Program-made: the position numbers and the translations under genes
Part shown: in pieces, positions 31,045-40,180 of the stretch
Layout: every line of letters begins with the position of its first letter
Position numbering within the stretch: position 1 is the first letter of the stretch
DNA from: an uncultured Veillonella sp.
GTDB lineage: Bacteria; Bacillota; Negativicutes; Veillonellales; Veillonellaceae
DNA: 64,000 nucleotides
NCBI GenBank assembly: GCA_900544365.1
Contig: UQVF01000002.1
Coordinates: 612-64,611, forward strand
Reading direction: 5' to 3'
Notes under the pieces: model-generated
Seen by the model: the letters and a program-made list of their open reading frames with translations, nothing else
What the model was told of the DNA's origin: nothing
Database searches by the model: none

Positions 31045-31977
31045 ATGTACAGAAAGATTTTCAACGGCAAGAATGCCACTCATGAAGAGTGGTTAGAGGC
31101 TCGTAAGCAAGGAATTGGTGGTAGTGACATGGCAGCAATTCTAGGATTTAACAAATACCGCGATGCGGTGAGCGTTTGGCTCGACAAAAGGGGGGAATTA
31201 CCTCCAGTAGAGGAAAACGAACCAATGTATTGGGGAAACGTACTTGAAGAAGTAGTCGCCCAGGAGTTTGCTAAACGAACAGGATGGAAAGTTAGAAACA
31301 ATAACTATACATTACAGTCAATCGAGCATCCATACTTATTGGCCAACATTGATCGTGAGATTGTAGGCGTGGATGCAGGGCTAGAATGTAAGACCGCTAA
31401 TGCATTCAAAAAAGATGAGTGGGAAGGAGATGAAGTTCCTACATCCTACTATATCCAGTGTCAACATTATATGGCGGTCACTGGTAAATCATCTTGGTGG
31501 ATTGCGTGCTTACTCGGTGGGAATACATTCATATATAAAGAAATCCCTAGGAATGAAGAGGTAATTGAAGCCATCATTCGTGAGGGTAAAGTCTTTTGGG
31601 ACATGGTAGAAAACGGAACAGTACCAGCTGTTACGGGCAGTGAATCAAGCGCCGAAGCACTCAAGACGATGTATAGCAAATCGAATAAGAAAACTATTGA
31701 ATTAGACGATGTGGCTATTAATTACATCAATCAATACAAAACGGCTGTTGCAAAAGAAAAAGAGGCTAAGAGTGCTAAGGCTGAAGCTACTAATATTATA
31801 AAATCCTTGCTCGGCGAAAACGAAATAGGCATTGTTGGTGAGTTTAAAGTCACTTGGGGAATGTGCAAAGGCAAGACAATCTTTAATACTAAGGCATTTC
31901 AAGAAGATTATCCAGAACTATACAAACAGTATTTAGTAAAAGGCGAGGATACTCGTTCAACATTCAGAGTTAAATAA
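31045..31977 (+). CDS. YqaJ-like exonuclease
   Basis: WLEARKQGIGGSD, LANID, LECKT, YYIQCQHYMAV. Confidence 0.92.
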   Translation: MYRKIFNGKNATHEEWLEARKQGIGGSDMAAILGFNKYRDAVSVWLDKRGELPPVEENEPMYWGNVLEEVVAQEFAKRTGWKVRNNNYTLQSIEHPYLLANIDREIVGVDAGLECKTANAFKKDEWEGDEVPTSYYIQCQHYMAVTGKSSWWIACLLGGNTFIYKEIPRNEEVIEAIIREGKVFWDMVENGTVPAVTGSESSAEALKTMYSKSNKKTIELDDVAINYINQYKTAVAKEKEAKSAKAEATNIIKSLLGENEIGIVGEFKVTWGMCKGKTIFNTKAFQEDYPELYKQYLVKGEDTRSTFRVK

Positions 31978-31988
31978 GGAGGAAGAAC

Positions 31989-32879
31989 ATGGCAAGCGTA
32001 TCACAAGGGTTAAGCATCAAGAAAGGCGCCGTACAAACGGCAGAATCACAAAAGGCGGTGACTATTCAATCGCTGGTATCTCAAGAAAGTGTAAAAGCAC
32101 GATTCGAGGAATTGCTAGGCAAGAAGGCACCAGGGTTTATCAGTAGCTTACTAGCTGTAGTAAATAACAATAAGTTATTGGCAAGAGCGAACCCGAATAC
32201 AATCGTTGCAGCGGGAGCGATGGCAGCGTCATTAGACCTACCAATCAATCAAAATCTTGGCTTTGCCTATATCATTCCTTACGGCAATGAAGCTCAATTC
32301 CAAATGGGTTACAAAGGCTACATTCAATTGGCGATGCGGACTGGTCAATATCAGACCATCAACGCAGCTGAGGTGTATGAAGGCGAAATTGTCAAACAAA
32401 ACCGCTTCACAGGTGAATATGAATTTGGAGAAAAGACCTCCGACAAAATTGTTGGGTACATCGCCTACTTCAAGCTAGTAAACGGATTCGAGAAATATCT
32501 CTACATGAGTATTGAGGAAATGCAAGCTCATGCTAAAAAGTACACTAATGGCAGATATAAAGGCGGTACTGAAAAATGGGGTTTAACTGACTTTCACAGC
32601 ATGGCCATTAAAACCGTACTCAAGAGATTAATCAGCAAATACGGCATTTTATCTATCGAAATGCAAGGACAACCGATAGTAGACGCCATCACCAATGACG
32701 GTGGCAAGATGACAATGAAAGAAGATGGTACGCTTGAGGCTGATTTTGAGGGGGATACCATTGATACAGATGGAATGACCATCTACCAAGAAGAGCCACA
32801 TACGGTAATCACCACAGAGGATGGTGTTACTGTAAATACCGAAACAGGGGAATACATGGACCCATTGTTTAACAAATAA
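31989..32879 (+). CDS. recT: RecT-family single-strand annealing protein
   Basis: LGFAYIIPY, QFQMGYKGYIQLAMRTG, MAIKTVLK. Confidence 0.92.
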   Translation: MASVSQGLSIKKGAVQTAESQKAVTIQSLVSQESVKARFEELLGKKAPGFISSLLAVVNNNKLLARANPNTIVAAGAMAASLDLPINQNLGFAYIIPYGNEAQFQMGYKGYIQLAMRTGQYQTINAAEVYEGEIVKQNRFTGEYEFGEKTSDKIVGYIAYFKLVNGFEKYLYMSIEEMQAHAKKYTNGRYKGGTEKWGLTDFHSMAIKTVLKRLISKYGILSIEMQGQPIVDAITNDGGKMTMKEDGTLEADFEGDTIDTDGMTIYQEEPHTVITTEDGVTVNTETGEYMDPLFNK

Positions 32880-32898
32880 TTAACAAGAAAGATTTTAC

Positions 32899-33708
32899 AT
32901 GAAAAAAGGCATCCAGTACTTTTCCATGGATGTGGACTTTTTCACAGATTCAAAAATCCAGTTTGTAGATGCGAGGTTTGGAGCTAAAGGCATCGTGATA
33001 ACGATCAGGCTCCTAACTCTCATCTATCGACAGGGGTATTACATCACCTGGAATGATGATGAAGCATTTTTACTTGCAAAAAGTGTCGGCGATAATGTAA
33101 CCGCTTCTTTAGTGAGTGACGTAGTGCAGGAATTGGTTAAGCGAGGATTCTTCAACGAGGAATTGTTTAACTCGTTCAAAATTCTGACATCTAGGGGCAT
33201 ACAGGAACGATATTTAGAAGCATGTAAGCGAAGAAAATCGGTTGAAATAGATGAACGATATTTACTCTATGAAAGACCTGAAAAAATTCAGAATTTGCAT
33301 GTGTTACCTTTGTGTACTCAAAATGACGGTAAATGCATACGTGATGTTAACATTTCAGACAAAAACGTATACATTTCTGATGAAAATGTGCACGCAAATG
33401 GACAAAGTAAAGAAAGTAAAGTAAAGAAAGTAAATAAAGAAAGGAAAGAAAGTAAGACCGTGCTCTTTTATCTAAATCATTTTGGTGATGTAAATCCATT
33501 CATTGGAGCACAGTTAGAAGAGTTGATTGACTTTCATGGAGATGATGAAGTAGAAGGCGCATTGAAGATAGCGGTTGAACGTGGTGTGCGTAAGCTTAAT
33601 TATGTGAAAGGAATATTAAATAGTAAGGAGCGTGATGCAAATAATGGAGGATACAACAATGGAGCCCGTCGGGAAGTCGATTGGGATAACGAAACCGATG
33701 AATGGTGA
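32899..33708 (+). CDS. Phage replication initiator (DUF4373-like N-terminus, DnaD-like C-terminus)
   Basis: YFSMDVDFF...FGAKG, ILTSRGIQERY, YVKGIL; precedes helicase loader. Confidence 0.8.
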   Translation: MKKGIQYFSMDVDFFTDSKIQFVDARFGAKGIVITIRLLTLIYRQGYYITWNDDEAFLLAKSVGDNVTASLVSDVVQELVKRGFFNEELFNSFKILTSRGIQERYLEACKRRKSVEIDERYLLYERPEKIQNLHVLPLCTQNDGKCIRDVNISDKNVYISDENVHANGQSKESKVKKVNKERKESKTVLFYLNHFGDVNPFIGAQLEELIDFHGDDEVEGALKIAVERGVRKLNYVKGILNSKERDANNGGYNNGARREVDWDNETDEW

Positions 33709-34417
33709 TGACATTCAGAAACGGCTTGCTGACATTCTAGGTAATCCACGTAAAGATAACATAGAATGCTATGTAAAGGTTGAGTATGACGATCCCGTTT
33801 ATATCGACCCTAAACCAATGTTAGAGCGGTACGGAGTGCATAAACGGCATCAGCATATTAGCTTTGAGTGGATTAAAGAAAACGGTAAGCCTAATGAGTG
33901 TAACAAGGAAAGTTACGGGAAGGCATACCAATATGGTCGGAACGTGATGAGTGCTATTGATAGTGGCAGAGGTATTATCTTGAAAGGAACAGTAGGAACG
34001 GGGAAAACTACACTGGCTATTGCGATTATGCGCAAGGCAGTGGAACAAGGTATACGATGCCTATTCGTGAATAATATCAGCCTTAATGATAAGCTGCTCA
34101 ACCTATTAAATAGCGACCGTAAGGAACTTGCAAATTATGACAAGTTGCTTAGAACAGTGCCATTATTAGTCATTGATGACTTTGGAGCGGAGTCAGACAG
34201 AAATAACCATTCATGGATCGTGGAGAAAATGGAAAGTATTATTGGTGAACGATATGATCGAATGCTACCAACAGTCATTACAACGAATTTAACTAAAGAT
34301 GATATCAAGAAACGATATAACGAGCGTATTTATGATAGGCTACGTGATACATGCGACCTGGTGACATTCAGAGGGCAGAGTTTACGAGGAAATAAGGAGG
34401 AAAATAATGAGCGATAA
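33632..34417 (+). CDS. DnaC/IstB-like helicase loader ATPase
   Basis: GTVGTGKT, LLVIDDFG, PTVITTNL, RIYDRL. Confidence 0.88.
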   Translation: MMQIMEDTTMEPVGKSIGITKPMNGDDIQKRLADILGNPRKDNIECYVKVEYDDPVYIDPKPMLERYGVHKRHQHISFEWIKENGKPNECNKESYGKAYQYGRNVMSAIDSGRGIILKGTVGTGKTTLAIAIMRKAVEQGIRCLFVNNISLNDKLLNLLNSDRKELANYDKLLRTVPLLVIDDFGAESDRNNHSWIVEKMESIIGERYDRMLPTVITTNLTKDDIKKRYNERIYDRLRDTCDLVTFRGQSLRGNKEENNER

Positions 34418-34880
34418 TGTAAAGAATCCATCACATTACAATCGAGGAAAGATTGAGGTGTGGGAATTTATTGAGGATCAAGGGTTGGATTACCATACAG
34501 GGAATGCGGTGAAGTATATTGCACGTGCTGGATACAAAGACCCATCAAAAGAGGTCGAGGATTTGCAAAAGGCAATCGCATTCTTAGAACGTAAAATTAA
34601 AGTGTTAACAAATATCAAGGCAGATAAAGAAAATAAGACTTTTGAAGAACTTTTGTTACCGTACCAACTACGTTATTTAGAGTGGAGATACAATGAAAGA
34701 TTGAAACTATTGGAGGATTATATTTCGGAGTATCATAAGGACCAAAATGAGATTAATAAATTGAATTGCATAATTGCATACTATGTTGCTAGTGAGTATA
34801 AAGGGTTGTTACATAAAAACGAGTGTAACGAGTTGCTAGAAAATTTTGGACGTGTTTTAGAGAAAGACGGCGTATTGTAA
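34407..34880 (+). CDS. DUF3310-like phage protein
   Basis: DNVKNPSHY, GNAVKYIARAGYK, EDLQKA. Confidence 0.8.
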   Translation: MSDNVKNPSHYNRGKIEVWEFIEDQGLDYHTGNAVKYIARAGYKDPSKEVEDLQKAIAFLERKIKVLTNIKADKENKTFEELLLPYQLRYLEWRYNERLKLLEDYISEYHKDQNEINKLNCIIAYYVASEYKGLLHKNECNELLENFGRVLEKDGVL

Positions 34881-35159
34881 AACTCATAAGAGTAAGATGA
34901 AATCAAATCCGATTAAAGTCGAGGTGGCATGGTGGTGAAAATATGAAACGAATAAAACCAAGAAGGAGAGTAGGCAATATAACAAATGGTAAAGGCATTG
35001 AAATTATTGCCACCGTAACATTAAGAGTAATGAATCACTGGGCAAACTGGAAGAATTACAAAGGCAGAGTGTGCAGAGATAAGCAAATATGGAAGGCTTG
35101 TGATGTGGTTTTGAAAGGGGTTAATAAGAGATATGTAAAGAAAATGTAAAGGAGGAAGC

Positions 35160-35579
35160 ATGAACTATTATGGAGAACTGAATATTAATTACGCTGCAAT
35201 CAAGGAGTTACATGATCATGCTGAATTTTTGAAGCACGAAATGCTGTACATCATGAACCACAGCCATCATGGAAAAAAGATTAAAGCGCAAGCGATGGCG
35301 TTACATTCTGTATGCAGCACAATTGTTACATTTACGATGCGTTGGTTAGAGAATGAGTATACATATGAATGGGATACATTTGTTGTTGATGTGATGGGTT
35401 GCTGTTACCTATTCATGAGTATTTATAACAACATGAGCATTGACTTTCATTTTGCATTCAAGTCTTGTTATAACAGCGATGAATTGCGGGATGCGTTCAA
35501 TTGGATGGTTAAAGTTTTGGGCGGTTCTATTGAAGTGGTTACGCGTCAAGACCAATACACATGGATTGATGGGAAATAA
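35160..35579 (+). CDS. Hypothetical phage protein
   Basis: ORF with AAGGAGG SD. Confidence 0.55.
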   Translation: MNYYGELNINYAAIKELHDHAEFLKHEMLYIMNHSHHGKKIKAQAMALHSVCSTIVTFTMRWLENEYTYEWDTFVVDVMGCCYLFMSIYNNMSIDFHFAFKSCYNSDELRDAFNWMVKVLGGSIEVVTRQDQYTWIDGK

Positions 35580-35589
35580 AGGAGAATAC

Positions 35590-36003
35590 ATGAAAGTAAA
35601 AATTAAGAAAACCCATGTTAATGGGAAAATTCCAACATATACAACATTCGATCTCTACAGTGTAGAATCAGTAAGGTTTGATTATAACGAGACAAAAGTC
35701 GTCAAATTAGGGGTTAAAATGGAAATACCAGAGGGGCATGTTTTGTTACTATTTCCAGGCGATAAGTTTAAGAAGAAGGCAGGATTACGAATGGTTAATG
35801 ACATTGAGGTAATTGACAGCGATTATACAGGAACGATAAGTGTACTTTGCCAGAATATCTATTCACAAATTGATTCCATCACGCAAGGTGACAGAATAGC
35901 AAAAGGAATTATCGCAAAAATTCCAAAGATAGAATTTGAAGAAGTATAAGAATTATTAACCACTGAACGTGGATCAGGTGGATTTGGAAGTACTGGAGTG
36001 TAA
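35590..36003 (+). pseudogene. dut: Degenerate trimeric dUTPase with premature stop
   Basis: VIDSDYTG, GDRIA; TAA at 35947-35949, then in-frame ELLTTERGSGGFGSTGV* (motif 5). Confidence 0.85.
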
Positions 36004-36214
36004 AAATGACAGAATATGAAATAGAAGAATTGAAAGCGGAAGCCTTAGATTTAATCATGACCATGGCATATTGGCCAGGTAACAATGATGAAGAGTTTTG
36101 GAAGGTAAAGTATGAGGTATTGCCACTACTAAAACAGTTGAAGCCTGTACTCGATGATACTGAATTTGAAGAATTATACGAAATGTATGAACAAGCGATT
36201 ATTTGGGTGGAAGC

Positions 36215-36589
36215 ATGAATATGATTGTCATTAGATGTGACTTTGTGTACTTAAACGAGTACATCGATAAAGAACGTCGCAATAAGTATGCAGCTGCTAA
36301 AGTCAAAGATGATTTAACCAACGAGGTGGCTTGGCAGTGTAAAATGGCTCGATGCACTAAGCCAAAAGGTAAAGTAGACATGATGTTTCGTTGGCACGTG
36401 AAAGGGCGCCATGATAGCGATAATATAGCGTTTGCCAAGAAATACGTGCTTGATGGGATGGTGCAAGCGGGACTATTAGAAAACGATAATCCAAAGTGTG
36501 TGCGACACTTGGCGGATTATATTTACCGTGATTTAAAGAAGCCACAGGTTGATTATGTGGAAGTGATTTGGGAGGAAACAAATGAATAA
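36215..36589 (+). CDS. RusA-like Holliday junction resolvase
   Basis: LNEYI, HDSDNIAFAKKYVLDGM...LLEND acidic catalytic pattern. Confidence 0.75.
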   Translation: MNMIVIRCDFVYLNEYIDKERRNKYAAAKVKDDLTNEVAWQCKMARCTKPKGKVDMMFRWHVKGRHDSDNIAFAKKYVLDGMVQAGLLENDNPKCVRHLADYIYRDLKKPQVDYVEVIWEETNE

Positions 36590-36866
36590 CGTACAGTTGT
36601 TAGGCAATTTGGTTAGAGATGTGGAGTTGCGATATACGCAAAGCGGTTCATCGGTAGCTACATTTACGGTGGCAGCAACAAGCACGTATAAGGGACAAAA
36701 TGGAGAAGCTAAGGAGCTTACGGCATTTGTGAATTGCGTGGCATGGGGAAAGAATAGCGAGTATATGAGCCAATATCACATGAGGAAATTCCGTTCTAAT
36801 GTGGCGAATAAGCTCGATTTTATGGACGATAGGCATAATCTATCTAAAGTTCATGAAATCGAGTAA
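36582..36866 (+). pseudogene. ssb: Truncated single-stranded DNA-binding protein
   Basis: MNNVQLLGNLVRDVELRYT...FVNCVAWGK, then unrelated tail; second half of OB fold and acidic tail missing. Confidence 0.7.
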
Positions 36867-36923
36867 TATGACGCTAAAATTTGAGTTTTGGAGCGTGTTT
36901 GAACCGTGAACGGTGGTGATAGA

Positions 36924-37364
36924 TTGGAAATAGAGAATATACTTGAAGAAATGCGGAGTATAGCGAGGCAAATTGATTGCCTACGTGATGAAATACGAAA
37001 ACTACGAGCGGAGTGCGACGGCTTAAAGGCGACCGATTATAGCGCGCCTAAGGTACAAGGAGGCACGCCAACAGGGATTGATGATAGGGTGATTAAACTT
37101 GAGGATAGAATCGAGCGATTAAAGGAACTTATTGAAAGACGATACACCTATGTTGATACGATCAACGAGGTATTGGACAATATGCCAACGATGGAGTATG
37201 CGACGATTATACGTAATCACTATTTGTACAACGAATCGTGGAGAGACATTGAACAAGTACTAAATATTAGCCGTGAAAAACTCCGAACGAAGCTGCATAA
37301 AGCAGCCTTAAAAGAATTTAAAAAAAGTTATGCCAAAATTGCCAACAAGGTCAAGGCGACATGA
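36924..37364 (+). CDS. ArpU/RinA-like late transcriptional regulator
   Basis: Coiled coil plus C-terminal HTH (IIRNHYLYNESWRDIEQVLNIS); last gene before packaging module. Confidence 0.7.
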   Translation: MEIENILEEMRSIARQIDCLRDEIRKLRAECDGLKATDYSAPKVQGGTPTGIDDRVIKLEDRIERLKELIERRYTYVDTINEVLDNMPTMEYATIIRNHYLYNESWRDIEQVLNISREKLRTKLHKAALKEFKKSYAKIANKVKAT

Positions 37365-37450
37365 TATTATATTAATTGTAAGAATGTTGGTTGCATGTTC
37401 CAACGGTTTTACTCCTTTTATAAGATACCTTATACAACTAAAACACAAGA

Positions 37451-37480
37451 AATGACGTCAAAGCTGCGACGTCATTTTTT
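37451..37480 (+). terminator. Terminator-like hairpin
   Basis: AATGACGTC/GACGTCATT followed by T-run. Confidence 0.55.
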
Positions 37481-37698
37481 GTTGCCCAAAATCAGAAAGG
37501 CGGTGATACAGTGACGGAAATAAAATGCATCAAAAAGAAATGCTTGCATAACGAGCACGGCATATGCACAGCTAAGACAATCGAATATGATGGATTATGC
37601 CAAACCTATGCGACACCAGATTTTATGATGCGGACAAAAACGGCTCACGTATCTAAACGCCATGGACGATATAAGCGGAATAATGGGGAGGTGTTGCG

Positions 37699-38724
37699 AT
37701 GAACATAGTGCAGTTGCCTATTGAAGAGTTAACACCCTACGAGAATAACCCTAGGAATAACAAGAAAGCGATTAAATATGTTGCCAACAGCATTCGAGAC
37801 TTTGGATTCAAGTCACCAATCATCCTAGATACTAACAAAGTGATTATTTGCGGTCATACACGGTATGAAGCAGCAAAGACATTGGGATATACTCACGTTC
37901 CTTGCATCGTTGCCAGTGACCTAACAGAATCACAGGTAAAAGCCTATAGGCTAGCCGACAACAAGGTGGCTGAAATGGCGAAGTGGGATTATGACTTGCT
38001 TTCCTTTGAAATCCAAGACCTATCGTTTGATATGGAAGAGTTTGGGTTCGATGTGGAGCGATTACTCACGCCAGCAGATGAAAAAGAAAATGAACGTGAA
38101 AGAACTATGGACGCTTACAACTTACATGACTACGACAGCGGTAACGTTGAGGGGTTCTATCAAATGCCAATCATCACTAGGACATATGCTAAGCCTAGCG
38201 AGTTGATTGGCTTTAATTATGTTAAGACCAACAAAAAGAAAGAAGGGCAAGGCGTGCACTTCTTCATTGATGATTACCAATTTGAACGGATTTGGAATAA
38301 TCCTGACAAATACGCTGACATGCTAATTCCTTACGAATGCGTTCTAACACCCGACTTTAGTCTATACACAGAAATGCCAATGGCCATGAAAATTTGGAAC
38401 GTGTACCGCTCAAGGTTGATTGGCCAAATACTCCAACAAAATGGAGCGAATGTGGTTCCTACCTTATCATGGTGTGAACGTGACACGTTCGCATTCTGTT
38501 TTGATGGAATTGAACCAGGTGGCACAGTAGCAGTATCAACAATAGGCGTTAAGCGAGCAGATGATGCCTATCATATGTGGTCAGAGGGAATGGATGAAGC
38601 AATACGCAAATTAAAGCCAGAGCACGTCATTGTATATGGTGGCGACATTGGATACCAATTCCCTTGCGAAGTTACTTATATTAAAAATGCGGTAACGGAA
38701 AGGATGAAGAATAGTGGGCGGTAG
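37699..38724 (+). CDS. ParB/Srx N-terminal domain fused to DUF4417-like domain
   Basis: PYENNPR, SIRDFGF, GHTRYEAA, YRLADNK; then HFFIDDYQFERIWN, PDFSLY, WNVYRSR, FCFDG. Confidence 0.8.
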   Translation: MNIVQLPIEELTPYENNPRNNKKAIKYVANSIRDFGFKSPIILDTNKVIICGHTRYEAAKTLGYTHVPCIVASDLTESQVKAYRLADNKVAEMAKWDYDLLSFEIQDLSFDMEEFGFDVERLLTPADEKENERERTMDAYNLHDYDSGNVEGFYQMPIITRTYAKPSELIGFNYVKTNKKKEGQGVHFFIDDYQFERIWNNPDKYADMLIPYECVLTPDFSLYTEMPMAMKIWNVYRSRLIGQILQQNGANVVPTLSWCERDTFAFCFDGIEPGGTVAVSTIGVKRADDAYHMWSEGMDEAIRKLKPEHVIVYGGDIGYQFPCEVTYIKNAVTERMKNSGR

Positions 38725-39403
38725 AGGTGCTAGTTACTCACTCACAGGAAGTGGAGAGAAGAGCAAAAGAACTGCGATCAGTGAAAAGAAGTTAGAACGA
38801 TTAAAGGGCGAATTGCAATCAGCAATAGACGAAGATTTTAAAATTGCCAAATCTAGGCAAGGGCAGCCGTGGCATATTGACAAAGGTAAAGGCAGAACCG
38901 AACATAGTCAATCAGAGCGCCGAGATGCACGGATTCAATATCTTAGAAAGCAAATTGAAAAGCAAGAAGGCGTAGTAGAACGACAACGTAGACGTGATGG
39001 AGCTAAAGGAAGCCTATTTGATTATAAGGGCAACCTTAACATCACAGAGCATAATTACAAACAGGTTCGCTCATTCTTGAAAGATATTGAAAAAGGCAAG
39101 GTTAGAAGTGGCAGAACTCGAGCTACTGAACGCAACTGGAAGAAGAAGCTTGATAGTTTTGAGAAAACTTTGAAAGCAAGCAAAAAAGTGAAAGTCACAT
39201 CTAGTGCGCAAAGTCTTATTGATAGTGGCAAGGTGAAACAGTGGAAAAAACACCCTGATCATTACTTCATTACAGGGGCTCAAAAAACGGCGCTTGTACT
39301 TAAGCCAGATGGCACTTTTACAAGAAGTAATAGATATACGGGACCACTCACTCAAGAGCATGCTGATAGGGTCGATAAATTCATTAAAACGGGGGTATGG
39401 TAA
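38714..39403 (+). CDS. Basic hypothetical protein beginning MGGRG
   Basis: Overlaps end of DUF4417 gene; Lys/Arg-rich. Confidence 0.6.
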   Translation: MGGRGASYSLTGSGEKSKRTAISEKKLERLKGELQSAIDEDFKIAKSRQGQPWHIDKGKGRTEHSQSERRDARIQYLRKQIEKQEGVVERQRRRDGAKGSLFDYKGNLNITEHNYKQVRSFLKDIEKGKVRSGRTRATERNWKKKLDSFEKTLKASKKVKVTSSAQSLIDSGKVKQWKKHPDHYFITGAQKTALVLKPDGTFTRSNRYTGPLTQEHADRVDKFIKTGVW

Positions 39404-40161
39404 TGGAAATACAAGCATTTATATATAAAATGCGAGACTTCAATTCCGTCGAATTAGAAGATGGCATATTCCTGTTTAAAGCGCCTAAAGGCAAGTGGGA
39501 ATTGTGGAACGTTGAAGACGATGTTGAAACGGGCGAAGTCATTGATGATTTGAAGAGTCACCCTAAGGCAGTTGAACTCATCGGAAAACTTGAAACAATA
39601 GAATTTGAAGTCATGGGCGGTCGTGGTGCTGGAGGAATGGGCGCCGTGTTTAGTTGGAAAGGCGACTCACATAGAGGGCTTGACCAGAGCATGGATAATT
39701 TGCCAGCACGTGTAAATAATAAGGTCAAGATAAAGACCCGTGAACAAGCAATTAAGGCATTCCGTGATATGCATGGCAAGGATGCGGGCGAGTCGCTAGT
39801 TCAAATTGATAGAAACGGATTTGTTCACCATTACAGAAATGGGAACAAGACAAACGTCAGTATCAATCGAACAGTCAAGGGGGCTACACTTGTCCATAAT
39901 CACCCAAATAACAGCACGTTCAGCCCTGCTGATATGAAGGTGGTGGCAAGTACAAATGTTGGCAGTATCATTGCCACGCATTCTAAGGGCTATCGAGAAT
40001 TTACCAAGCAATCACATTTTAAGCAAAATGACTTCCTCAAGGCAGTCGCTAGGGTTGAGAAAAACGGCTTAAAGGGTAAAGGCCCTAATGATGCAGTAGA
40101 CAGATGGCTCAAACGAAACCAAAAGAAATACGGGTACACATTCAAGAATGTTCTAGATTAA
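39397..40161 (+). CDS. Hypothetical protein with internal MGGRG and JAB/MPN-like motif
   Basis: VHNHPNNSTFSPAD (HxH-x7-S-x2-D). Confidence 0.6.
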   Translation: MVMEIQAFIYKMRDFNSVELEDGIFLFKAPKGKWELWNVEDDVETGEVIDDLKSHPKAVELIGKLETIEFEVMGGRGAGGMGAVFSWKGDSHRGLDQSMDNLPARVNNKVKIKTREQAIKAFRDMHGKDAGESLVQIDRNGFVHHYRNGNKTNVSINRTVKGATLVHNHPNNSTFSPADMKVVASTNVGSIIATHSKGYREFTKQSHFKQNDFLKAVARVEKNGLKGKGPNDAVDRWLKRNQKKYGYTFKNVLD

Positions 40162-40180
40162 GAAAAGGAGGGGGTAACAG

